Virus record (IMG/VR): IMGVR_UViG_3300036766_000194
Span: 62,001-126,000 of that record
DNA length: 64,000 bases
Strand: one strand, 5' to 3'
Made by a program: the position numbers and the translations under genes. Shown in pieces: positions 47,397-56,071 of the stretch (positions within the stretch are counted from its first letter, which is position 1; the number at the start of each line of letters is the position of its first letter). Below the pieces are notes generated by a model. It searched no databases, was not told the DNA's origin, and saw only the letters and a list, made by a program, of their open reading frames with translations.

Positions 47397-47870
47397 ATGA
47401 CTATTTGGACTCCATCCTCGTTCGGGTACCCCTTGACGCAAATTCTTCGTAATCTTTGGCTAGGCAATTGCGGCGATGCGGCGAAGCTGTCTGTTGAAAA
47501 TCCTCTGGGCATAGTTCAAGTCATAAATGTGTGTGAAGAAAAGTATGAAACTCGTGAAGGGGTGAATTACTCTAACTATGCTTTAAAGGATGGGTATGAA
47601 ATCCCCCTAGAAGTATTCTGGACTATAGTAAATCAGGGTGTAAAGTGCTATCAATCAGATGAAAACACGTTGGTTCATTGCTCAGCAGGAATGAGCCGTT
47701 CCCCTGCTATTGTTGCGTCTATTTTTCATGTGGCGAAAACTATGGATTTTGATGCTGCTCTCGTATTTATTAAAAGACGGCGTCCCATTATCAAACCTCA
47801 TCACATTATTCTGCGTAGTATTCGAAAGCATCTGAAATTGTTCCCTTATTCGGAGGAGTGGGCAAAATGA
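47397..47870 (+). CDS. Dual-specificity protein phosphatase
   Basis: NLWLGN and VHCSAGMSRS (HCxxGxxRS). Confidence 0.9.
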   Translation: MTIWTPSSFGYPLTQILRNLWLGNCGDAAKLSVENPLGIVQVINVCEEKYETREGVNYSNYALKDGYEIPLEVFWTIVNQGVKCYQSDENTLVHCSAGMSRSPAIVASIFHVAKTMDFDAALVFIKRRRPIIKPHHIILRSIRKHLKLFPYSEEWAK

Positions 47871-47987
47871 GTGAACTTCCTCAAGAGCATCATGTAATGA
47901 TCAAAGGGGTCCAGTCAAGGGGTGCTTGTGGTGTACTCCTGAGGGTAGGCCCGGACTCTGGGAAAAATATCCTTACGAAACCCTGAA

Positions 47988-48206
47988 ATGTCCGAGTTCC
48001 AAGAATGTAATGGGAGTTGCCCGGACCTTTTCTACCGCAAAGGTAACGTGGAGATTTATTGTAAGCGGTACGGTATCCCTCTCTATGAAGATATGGATAG
48101 CATGCTTGAGGATTTTAAGACTTTGCTCACTGCTGAGCTAAAAGGTTCCCAATTTGGGAAAGGAGAAGTAAATGAAAAAGCAACAAAACAAAAAGAAGAA
48201 GGATAG
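47988..48206 (+). CDS. Hypothetical protein
   Basis: C.G.CP...YC..Y. Confidence 0.5.
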   Translation: MSEFQECNGSCPDLFYRKGNVEIYCKRYGIPLYEDMDSMLEDFKTLLTAELKGSQFGKGEVNEKATKQKEEG

Positions 48207-48419
48207 CAGGTAAGAAATCATAGATCGTTTAAAGGATCAGTTGAAGAAAAAGAAAGCTGTTCCTAAGATTCCTAATACCCCACAGAAACCCTGGGTAGAA
48301 CCTTTCCATCTGTTCAATAGTCCTCCCTGTAGGTGTCCTCATTGTCCTTGCCCTAGTTGTTGTCCAGGGGGCAAAGATATTTGGCACCCAAATGTACTTT
48401 GGTGCGGTATTAAAGCACT

Positions 48420-48884
48420 ATGATCGGCATCAAAAGATACGTCGTCGGGTTCATGTTCGATTATACCCTCAATAAAGTTGTGCTCATACGCAAAGATCGT
48501 CCTGAGTGGCAAAAAGGTAAACTTAATGGTGTAGGAGGAAAGGTAGAAGAAAATGAATCCCCCTATGATGCTATGCCTAGAGAATTTAGGGAAGAAACTG
48601 GGATCGAAACCTCTGGATGGAAACTTTTCTCTATTCTCTGTTTTGGTGATATTGGCATTCCTGGTTCTCTTAGTGAAGTCTACTGTTACTGGATACTTGG
48701 AGATGTGAGTAAACCCAGATCCGTAACAAGTGAACAAATTGTGGTCATAAACGTAGAATCTTTAACTTCTCGTGAGGATGCTATCCCCAATATTCGTTGG
48801 CTTGTTCAGATGGCTCGTAGTATGAGCCTAGGAGAGACCGCTACCTATTTTGATATCTATGAGCGTAAAGTATGGCAAAACTAG
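48420..48884 (+). CDS. Nudix hydrolase
   Basis: GGKVEENESPYDAMPREFREETG Nudix box. Confidence 0.9.
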   Translation: MIGIKRYVVGFMFDYTLNKVVLIRKDRPEWQKGKLNGVGGKVEENESPYDAMPREFREETGIETSGWKLFSILCFGDIGIPGSLSEVYCYWILGDVSKPRSVTSEQIVVINVESLTSREDAIPNIRWLVQMARSMSLGETATYFDIYERKVWQN

Positions 48885-49001
48885 AAGATAAAAAGAACCT
48901 GACACTTGTAACTGGTGTGACGAAAAGAAATTAACTCTGTTTTATAATGACAACGGTAGAATAATTGGAGCGTGTAAGAAACACGAAGAATTAAACAGGA
49001 G

Positions 49002-49382
49002 ATGTGGGATTGGCATCAGATAGGAGAGAACGACATGGTATACGTCCACGAGTTAGTCCCGTCTCCCGGAAGCTCTAAAGAAAAACAAGCCAAAAAAGTA
49101 TTCCGAGCGGGGAAGAAATTCTCCCATATGATAGCAGACACAGAAGAAGAACTAGTTGCTTTTGCTACTAAGATGGGTATGAAAGAAATATGGATTCAAG
49201 ATGCTGGAACCTACCGTTCTCATTTTGACATTACAGAGTCCCGTTTTAAGAAAATCGTAAAACAATCGGGAGTCAAATTAGTGAAGATTCGTGAATTTGG
49301 GGTAATACTTAAAGAGCGTCAAAATGCCCAACGAAAAAGCGATCTTCCAAGACATATACACCCGCCTCAAAACCCAGGGTAG
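49002..49382 (+). CDS. DUF4031-like protein
   Basis: SHMIADT.EEL..FA..MG...W.Q......HFDI. Confidence 0.65.
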   Translation: MWDWHQIGENDMVYVHELVPSPGSSKEKQAKKVFRAGKKFSHMIADTEEELVAFATKMGMKEIWIQDAGTYRSHFDITESRFKKIVKQSGVKLVKIREFGVILKERQNAQRKSDLPRHIHPPQNPG

Positions 49383-50148
49383 ATTCTGTTCTCCCCGAGG
49401 ATTAAAGATTATTGAATGTGAGAATTTTTCGTACGAACTCCCTCCTAGAGTCTGTATCTCTAACTTTGCTGACCGTAAATTATCCATCCCTTATCTAAAG
49501 ACAGAGTTCCTATGGTATTTGAAGGGAGATCTATATGATCTTTCTATTGCCAAGCATGCGGCTATTTGGCGTGGTATAGTTGTAGATGGCAAACTCAATT
49601 CTAACTACGGGCACTATATCTTCCGCAATGAACAGGGACTCGCCTGGGTGATTGATGAACTTCGCAGAGATAGAGATAGCCGCCGCGCTTACATTATGAT
49701 ATTGGGAAATCAACATCTTAATCCTAATGAGAAAGATGTACCCTGTACGATGTCGTTAGGTTTTCGCATTCGGGATAACAAGCTCAATATGAGCGTGAGA
49801 ATGCGTAGTCAAGATGCTATTTATGGTATGGGCAACGACGCCCCAGCTTTTTCTTTCATTCATCAAATGGTTTGGGCCTGTGTAAAATGGTACTATAAAG
49901 AGCTAGAAATGGGTAGTTACCACCATGTAGCAGACAGTTTTCATGTCTATGAACGTCACTTCGATATGCTAGAAAAGATCACAACTCCTGCTGCGGAGTT
50001 CAGCCTGATTGAAGTCCCTCCTATCGCAGATAACTATGAAGTGAATTATTTGCTTAGTATTTCCTCTGGAAAGCCAGTAGATTACATTCGTAACAAAGAC
50101 TATTTTGAGTTTACAAAATGGCTAACTTCAGACTTGCCGCAGGATTAA
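49324..50148 (+). CDS. Thymidylate-synthase-fold enzyme, dCMP hydroxymethylase type
   Basis: DSRRA, PCT (catalytic Cys), MRSQDAIYGMGND (Asp at the ThyA Asn177 position, as in T4 gp42 RSNDVVFGFRND) and SFHVYERHF. Confidence 0.8.
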   Translation: MPNEKAIFQDIYTRLKTQGRFCSPRGLKIIECENFSYELPPRVCISNFADRKLSIPYLKTEFLWYLKGDLYDLSIAKHAAIWRGIVVDGKLNSNYGHYIFRNEQGLAWVIDELRRDRDSRRAYIMILGNQHLNPNEKDVPCTMSLGFRIRDNKLNMSVRMRSQDAIYGMGNDAPAFSFIHQMVWACVKWYYKELEMGSYHHVADSFHVYERHFDMLEKITTPAAEFSLIEVPPIADNYEVNYLLSISSGKPVDYIRNKDYFEFTKWLTSDLPQD

Positions 50149-50510
50149 TCCTAATTTTGGCGCTGCCCGTGTATGCGGAAACCGTTAAGAAATCATCTTC
50201 TAAGAAGATTTCTGGGAAGAAAGAACCTGTGGGACAAAAATCTCCCACTATTCAACGTCAAGAAGAGATTCGTCAGGCACTTATTCTACACGGTTATGAA
50301 CCTGGTCCGAGTTGGGCTGATGTGAAAGAACTTTGTCGTCAAATAGCTGACGAACGTCATTGGCAGACGAGTCATATTCCAGACTCAAGAGTTCTAATTT
50401 TAATCGGTTTGGGAAGTAAAAATTCTAATCCCTGGATAGCGCATCAATACGGTGGGTTTTTAGACGAATTACAACGTCATGATGCGGAAAATAGGAAGCA
50501 TAAGGAATAA
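50118..50510 (+). CDS. Secreted protein with peptidoglycan-binding-like domain
   Basis: Signal peptide, Lys/Ser linker, then EIRQALI..GY...W......A....WQT...PDSRVLI.IGLG. Confidence 0.55.
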   Translation: MANFRLAAGLILILALPVYAETVKKSSSKKISGKKEPVGQKSPTIQRQEEIRQALILHGYEPGPSWADVKELCRQIADERHWQTSHIPDSRVLILIGLGSKNSNPWIAHQYGGFLDELQRHDAENRKHKE

Positions 50511-50512
50511 TT

Positions 50513-50683
50513 ATGAGCTATGAAGTTTTCATAAAACGTACCATTTATGTCGCCAAATGTGTAACTTGAGAAGAGTCTGACATTAAGACAGGAAATCCTC
50601 CAAGGGAAAGATTCTGCAACACTTGTCAAGTCTGGGTCCCCTATAAAGAAGAATCCTACATTGGTCCTGACTTAAAGAAATAA
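50513..50683 (+). pseudogene. Small zinc-ribbon ORF interrupted by an in-frame TGA at a CxxC position
   Basis: MSYEVFIKRTIYVAKCVT*EESDIKTGNPPRERFCNTCQVWVPY...; TGA at 50567-50569. Confidence 0.55.
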
Positions 50684-50703
50684 AGTTATTCTGACCTTCT
50701 TAT

Positions 50704-51264
50704 GTGGACATATATTTCATAATAGAAGCATCGCATTTATTTCGCGCCGGAGATAAGTTTAAGACACAATTTTTTGTCTTGGATGTGGTAAATTTCTTAC
50801 GGCGAATTTATTTCCCTGGGGAAGCAAAAACTATAGTTCTGCACGGTTCCACCAAGGAAGAACAAGCCAACCGCTATGCGCAAGCCTTGGAGCGTCATGG
50901 CGTTAAAGTAATAAAAATGAATCCTATCCCTTCTAAAAGTGGTAATTCTAAGGTGTTTTATAAGCCCACTTACTATATCCATAACCTGTTAGGTTCGGAG
51001 ATTCCCTTAGGATCCACCGTTGTGTTAATTGGATTTCACAACACTCGGTATCTTGGATTTTTAGAAAAATATCATAAACTCTTTCATATCCATATAGCCG
51101 CCTTTTCAACCCCTTCAAAACGTCAGGGTGTTATGAAGATCCCTGCTGGATTTACTCCGTTTGTAGGACAAGCAATAGATTTAGATCCTCACGCTCCTGC
51201 TATAAAAGAAGAGTTTCGTCGTTCACGCAGTAATAAAGGAAAGAGTGATCCGGTTAGCCCCTAA
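50704..51264 (+). CDS. NYN/PIN-like fold protein (divergent)
   Basis: Beta-alpha layout similar to NYN/LabA; acidic catalytic residues unclear. Confidence 0.35.
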   Translation: MDIYFIIEASHLFRAGDKFKTQFFVLDVVNFLRRIYFPGEAKTIVLHGSTKEEQANRYAQALERHGVKVIKMNPIPSKSGNSKVFYKPTYYIHNLLGSEIPLGSTVVLIGFHNTRYLGFLEKYHKLFHIHIAAFSTPSKRQGVMKIPAGFTPFVGQAIDLDPHAPAIKEEFRRSRSNKGKSDPVSP

Positions 51265-51368
51265 ATCTCCCAAGAGGCCTGTATATTGCCGCGTGCTGGG
51301 AGGGAATACTTGCAACAGTACGGAAGAGATACAAGGCTAACCGGGGAACTCCTAACTTAGGAGGCTGC

Positions 51369-51887
51369 GTGCTACAGATACATGTTATTTATGTCATTAT
51401 TGCTGCTATACTTATTATTGTATTCCGTGGGATGAGAAAAGAACATCTTAGGATCCGCAATATAGAAAAGAATGAAGATACCCGATTCAAACAAGCCTTA
51501 GACAAAGTTTCAGAACTGAAAGAAAACGATTTCCGTCGCTTACAGGACTGGGTTGGTGATTGGTCTGATCGCGTCTTAAAACCCAAAGGAGTGACTATCC
51601 AGGGCACGTACAAGCATCTTCAAAAGGAAATGGTTGAATTAGGTAAGGAACTAGATATCTGGCTTTCTCCAGCCTTTCAAGTTAAACCCGATATGAGCTA
51701 TTTAGAGGTTCGTGAAAAGATGGCTAAAGAAATAGCCGACATTGTCATTGTGTGTTGTCACCTTTCTCATCAATTAAATATTCCTCTTTCTTCCCATATC
51801 TTAGAAAAGATGGAAATAAATGAAAAACGCCAATGGGCAGAGGCTAATGCGGAGGGTGTGTCGCAGCATATTTCAGAAAATGTCTAA
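51369..51887 (+). CDS. MazG-like dNTP pyrophosphohydrolase with N-terminal TM helix
   Basis: KHLQKEMVEL...EIADIVI......EKMEIN.KRQW. Confidence 0.75.
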   Translation: MLQIHVIYVIIAAILIIVFRGMRKEHLRIRNIEKNEDTRFKQALDKVSELKENDFRRLQDWVGDWSDRVLKPKGVTIQGTYKHLQKEMVELGKELDIWLSPAFQVKPDMSYLEVREKMAKEIADIVIVCCHLSHQLNIPLSSHILEKMEINEKRQWAEANAEGVSQHISENV

Positions 51888-52116
51888 CTTGATTCAAATT
51901 CAAAACGCTGCTATTCGCAAGCGCCTGCTTAGAGCATATTGGGAAGAGGCTCAAAAGTACGGAAAATTTGTTTGCCCGGTTTGCGACAGCAAAATGACAA
52001 ATCCACCTAAAGACTACAACATCTGTTGTGAGTGTATGAATGAATTCGGATATGATGATGCGAATGTTAGTATTAAAGAATTAAGGAGAAGATACCGTGA
52101 GCACAAGCGCCTCTAA
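51880..52116 (+). CDS. Cys-rich zinc-ribbon (CPCC-like) protein
   Basis: CPVC......YNIC.EC..EFGYDD. Confidence 0.6.
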   Translation: MSNLIQIQNAAIRKRLLRAYWEEAQKYGKFVCPVCDSKMTNPPKDYNICCECMNEFGYDDANVSIKELRRRYREHKRL

Positions 52117-52324
52117 AAAAGCAAAATCCATACGCAAAGCTACTGCCCCTCAAGCGTCTATCTAATGGGGAGACTGTAAGTATCAATCTGGATAAAGACA
52201 ACTTAGTTCTGGAACTGACCTCGACACAGTTCGGGGCGAGTTAGACACCATGCTAAATAAAGTCACCACAGACGAAATCTTTTCTGAAGTCAATAAGACC
52301 TTCAAGAAAATCTTCGGGAAATAA
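52097..52324 (+). pseudogene. Small gene broken into three reading frames
   Basis: VSTSASKKAKSIRKAT / PLKRLSNGETVSINLDKDNLVL / DLDTVRGELDTMLNKV...KIFGK* are in successive different frames. Confidence 0.4.
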
Positions 52325-52352
52325 CTTTCCTTCCCAATAAGAGGGGGAACTT

Positions 52353-52970
52353 ATGCGTTTTGTCAGCGTCACAAAAGATCAGCTAGAGAAGCTCCGTGAG
52401 GGTCTAGAGATCATCAGTCATTTGAATGAAGTTGACGCGCCTGCGGTCACCTTATGTCTTTACGGCATAACCTCGGATCCAAAAGTTATTGATGCGGTTA
52501 AAGAAGCCTTAGCGGGGGAAGCTGATCTTGAAGAAACTGACATCAAAATTGTGGGAGAAGTAGCCGTTTCCATTCCTCTATCTTCTGACATAATCTATTA
52601 TCTAACAGGAAGTGGATTACAGTTAAAAGATGAAGAAGTTGCCTATCGTAAAGGTGGAGGGAATGGAGTAGATACTACTTCTTTAATGTGGGCGGGTTAT
52701 CGTCCTCGAGTTACTCTGGCCTCATTTTCTCAGTTAGCTCTTGCTAAGGATGATCTTTGGACTGACAAATTCTTACAACAGTATGGTGGTAAGACACCTG
52801 TCGCTCCTCAAACTCAAGGTCCTCAACATCCTCATAAAGAAATTACTCGCGAAGGTGTAGAAGAACACACCCCTAAAGAGACGGAATCCACCACAACACC
52901 TGAATTAAAACCCAAAGTTACTTCGTCCCTCCACGTTGATTCCCGTCTCGTGGAGGAATTCCTTGATTAA
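52353..52970 (+). CDS. Hypothetical protein
   Basis: GAGGGGG RBS, 205 aa. Confidence 0.7.
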   Translation: MRFVSVTKDQLEKLREGLEIISHLNEVDAPAVTLCLYGITSDPKVIDAVKEALAGEADLEETDIKIVGEVAVSIPLSSDIIYYLTGSGLQLKDEEVAYRKGGGNGVDTTSLMWAGYRPRVTLASFSQLALAKDDLWTDKFLQQYGGKTPVAPQTQGPQHPHKEITREGVEEHTPKETESTTTPELKPKVTSSLHVDSRLVEEFLD

Positions 52971-53319
52971 GATCGCCGTTCTAAAAGGTACCCCTATCCA
53001 CTGTCTGGAATGTATAGCATCTAAAGAAGGCTTTGTAAAGATAAAGTTATTCTATTTAACAGATGAACCCAAGCACATCCGTTCTTACGTTCTGCAACAC
53101 ACGTATGGTTTGAAGGGTCCCTATCTGGAAGATGTCAGCGTACTTATACCTCAGGAGAAAGTATTTCCAGAACTATCCTATTTCATTCCTGCTTTTACCA
53201 AGTTACAAATCTTTCACATCGTTTCCAGCGACTCTCAACTCACTGATTTTAAGATATTAGATGAAGATAATCTAACACTTTCTTATGTTCTAGACGCCCT
53301 TCCCCAAATATTACAGTAG
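52936..53319 (+). CDS. Hypothetical protein
   Basis: 127-aa ORF in operon. Confidence 0.6.
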   Translation: MIPVSWRNSLIKIAVLKGTPIHCLECIASKEGFVKIKLFYLTDEPKHIRSYVLQHTYGLKGPYLEDVSVLIPQEKVFPELSYFIPAFTKLQIFHIVSSDSQLTDFKILDEDNLTLSYVLDALPQILQ

Positions 53320-53331
53320 AATAGCTACATG
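53317..53331 (+). promoter_or_regulatory. Leaderless promoter TAGAAT-N6-ATG
   Basis: TAGAAT AGCTAC ATG; the TAG doubles as the upstream stop codon. Confidence 0.6.
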
Positions 53332-54567
53332 GAAAACCTAGTAGCCAACATGGTTGTGAGGGTTCTGTCCCTTAACGGGTACGAAGCCTACTTGGTGGGT
53401 GGGTGTGTTCGTGACAAGATAATGGGTCATAAACCCAAGGATTACGACGTTACCACCAATGCCACACCCGCTCAGGTTATGGAACTTTTCTCCGAAACGA
53501 TCCCCGTAGGAGCTAGTTTTGGTGTAGTTCGTGTTCGAATTGATGGCGTTGAGATTGAAGTTGCTACTTACCGTGCCGATGGTGACTACAGTGATGGTCG
53601 TCGTCCGGACACTGTAGAATTTTCCAAGACCGTTAATGAAGACGTTGTTCGTCGTGACTTCACCCTCAATGGTCTTCTGCAAGATTCCAAGGGAGATGTA
53701 ATTGACCTTGTCGGGGGTCTGCAAGACATTCATAACAAGTATATCAGTGCTATTGGAGATCCTATTAAGAGATTTGAAGAGGATTCTTTGCGTATGCTTC
53801 GCGCTATTAGATTTGCAGCGCGTTTCGATTTTAAAATTGAATTCAATACCTTAGCAGCCCTTATCTCTAAGGCATCTACTATCAAGCGTGTTAGCCAGGA
53901 ACGCATCACTAACGAACTTCTTCAAATGCTTAGTGGTCCTCGTCCCAGTATTGCGATAAAACTCCTGGAGGAAACCACCCTGTTGGCTGAAATCTTTCCC
54001 AAGTATCATTCAATGGATATCGTTTTGAATAAATTTAGGGGTACGCGAACGAAGAATCCTATGGTGGCTCTAGTTCTGTTCTTGAGTGAACTGTCAGAGA
54101 AGGAATTTGTCAACGTTCTTAACCAACTGAAATTGAGTAACGAACAGAAGCAGGTTGCTACTCTGGCCTACTCTTACAAACATAAGATGCGGGAATTTAT
54201 CACCGCTGACTTGGCTACCCTCAAGCGTTTCAAGCGTTTGGTGGGGGCTAAAGAAGCTATGACCGTCTTCATTATTGAGTCTTCTTATGGAGTTGACCAG
54301 TTTCCTCAGGCTGGAGAGATTATTTTCCGACTGGATAACTGTGAAACTTCCTATAAGCCGCTCATCACAGGGAACGACCTGATTGCTGCGGGTTACAAAC
54401 CTGGTCCGTTGTTCTCTACGGTATTAAATGTCGTAGAGACCGCGCAGCTTAATGAAGACATCACCACCCAAGAGCAGGCTCTGAGTCTAGCTAAGATGGC
54501 TATGAGTATGGGGTCTGAAAACGTGGAGGTGTTTGTTATGTCGCGCCCCGGCGGGCGCGTGGATTGA
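53329..54567 (+). CDS. cca: CCA-adding tRNA nucleotidyltransferase / poly(A) polymerase family
   Basis: YLVGGCVRD...KDYDVTT, EVATYR, DVVRRDFTLN, EDSLRMLRAIRF and VSQERI..E. Confidence 0.9.
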   Translation: MENLVANMVVRVLSLNGYEAYLVGGCVRDKIMGHKPKDYDVTTNATPAQVMELFSETIPVGASFGVVRVRIDGVEIEVATYRADGDYSDGRRPDTVEFSKTVNEDVVRRDFTLNGLLQDSKGDVIDLVGGLQDIHNKYISAIGDPIKRFEEDSLRMLRAIRFAARFDFKIEFNTLAALISKASTIKRVSQERITNELLQMLSGPRPSIAIKLLEETTLLAEIFPKYHSMDIVLNKFRGTRTKNPMVALVLFLSELSEKEFVNVLNQLKLSNEQKQVATLAYSYKHKMREFITADLATLKRFKRLVGAKEAMTVFIIESSYGVDQFPQAGEIIFRLDNCETSYKPLITGNDLIAAGYKPGPLFSTVLNVVETAQLNEDITTQEQALSLAKMAMSMGSENVEVFVMSRPGGRVD

Positions 54568-54570
54568 AAA
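54540..54570 (+). CRISPR. Solitary, slightly degenerate type I-C CRISPR repeat
   Basis: GTCGCGCCCCGGCGGGCGCGTGGATTGAAAA; CGCGCCC/GGGCGCG stem retained; contains the cca stop codon. Confidence 0.8.
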
Positions 54571-54793
54571 GAGTCACTCAGTGACCGCAGCAACACCACC
54601 GTGGTATGTGGAGCAGCAGGCAGTGGAAAGACAACATATGTCAACACACACAAGCAGCCAGATGATCTCGTGTGGGACGTCTAGCCCCTCGTGTGGGGTG
54701 TACACAGCCACACCACCCCGTGTGGGTGCCCGGCGCGTGTGGTTTTTTACCATATGTTCACTATTTGACTTTTCAACCGCTATTCCATAGTAG

Positions 54794-54825
54794 GTCGCGC
54801 CCCGTGCGGGCGCGTGGATTGAAAC
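54794..54825 (+). CRISPR. Solitary canonical 32-nt type I-C CRISPR repeat
   Basis: GTCGCGCCCCGTGCGGGCGCGTGGATTGAAAC, preceded by a TTGACT-containing leader-like segment; no third repeat and no cas genes in the window. Confidence 0.88.
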
Positions 54826-54964
54826 CCTACTGGATGCCTTCGAATAGCCAATAAGAAGGGACAGCTATAAGTTGCTCTAAAACCACATTTGTGGAACACT
54901 GTAACTGCACATCCAGTAAAACTTTCGTAAATAGATTATATGTACTTCTTTATGAGGGACGTCT

Positions 54965-56035
54965 ATGCCGCAAGATCAGAGAAGTACTTTCGATCAACTA
55001 TTATCTCTTTTGGAATTAGCCAATAAGAATGGTTTGTATGATGCCGCCGACTGGCTTCAACGAGAATTAGACTCTTGGTATAAAGACTGGAATAAGGTTC
55101 GTATACGCGCTTCTAAACGCGCCACCGATGAAGCAGCCCCTCCTCCTAACACAGTAGAACGTCATCAATTAATTGACTGGCTACAAAATGGGATTTCTGA
55201 CTATGTAGACTTTACTTTGGGTTCCCTTCCTGGTCATAGCCCAGCATTGGAACTTTGGGAAGCATGGGACGGAGGAGATAATTCATTTCATATCACCTTC
55301 CGTAGCGCAGAAGTCAAAAAGTCAGCGTCTTTTAACAAGACCAAAATCTTTGAATTTATTAATAATTTCTTAAAGAATAAGAGATTAGTAGACACAAAAG
55401 ATGTACTTCTTGATGAACTTATGAAGCAATTCGGTATGCCTCCTGAATTAGCTAGAGTGGCAGTGGAACAATTTTGGTCAAAGTTCTGGGAAAGTTTGGG
55501 TTTCCAACGTCGTCGTTCTGGAATGGAAGACAAAATAGCCGCAGTTAACGGACATTACATTTGGGAAGCTAACGGGGACGAAGCCATCATAGTATCTCCC
55601 GATCATCAAGTTAAACATCTATCATTTGAGGAGGCTCAGCCTTTCTGGGCTAAACTCTTTGAATTAGAAGAACAGATATCAGATACCGATCAGTTACAAC
55701 TTGCTATTGACGACTACTGCGCAACTTATTTTACCAATGAACCTTCTGTAGAACCTGTCGTAGGGTCATTTAAAGCCGCTCTTTTAAAGAGAGGGTCTGA
55801 CTTACATAATCGGGTAGAAAAAGCAAGTACAGAACTCGCTGAACTTTGGAAGAAGGTCACTCCTGCTCAAGCTAAAGGTTATGCTATTGAGCATCATCTT
55901 CATCTTGTTAAACAAAATCTCAAACAGGGATTAGAACTGATTCCTTCTCAGCCCGAAGTTGCTTCGGTTCATATAACAATGGCAGAAGAAGCCATCCGTA
56001 AAGCCTCCGAAGAAATATCTCATTTAAAACTGTAG
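54965..56035 (+). CDS. Modular hypothetical protein (small polyvalent-type)
   Basis: GAGGG RBS; ~55-85-aa modules separated by SKRAT, KKSAS, DKIAA and LKRGS. Confidence 0.75.
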   Translation: MPQDQRSTFDQLLSLLELANKNGLYDAADWLQRELDSWYKDWNKVRIRASKRATDEAAPPPNTVERHQLIDWLQNGISDYVDFTLGSLPGHSPALELWEAWDGGDNSFHITFRSAEVKKSASFNKTKIFEFINNFLKNKRLVDTKDVLLDELMKQFGMPPELARVAVEQFWSKFWESLGFQRRRSGMEDKIAAVNGHYIWEANGDEAIIVSPDHQVKHLSFEEAQPFWAKLFELEEQISDTDQLQLAIDDYCATYFTNEPSVEPVVGSFKAALLKRGSDLHNRVEKASTELAELWKKVTPAQAKGYAIEHHLHLVKQNLKQGLELIPSQPEVASVHITMAEEAIRKASEEISHLKL

Positions 56036-56071
56036 CTTTTTCTTAACATCCACAGTAATATTTATATGGAT

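Noticed and set aside
54540-54825. A conventional CRISPR array
   Set aside because: Only two repeats, 223 nt apart, and no third repeat at spacer distance; reported as solitary repeat units instead.
54827-54836. 10-nt complementarity between the post-repeat sequence and 63467-63476
   Set aside because: A 10-mer match within 64 kb is not significant.
54864-54884. Minus-strand GTTTTAGAGC resembling a type II-A/Cas9 repeat start
   Set aside because: Only 10 nt match, no second copy and no tracrRNA-like partner; plausible by chance.
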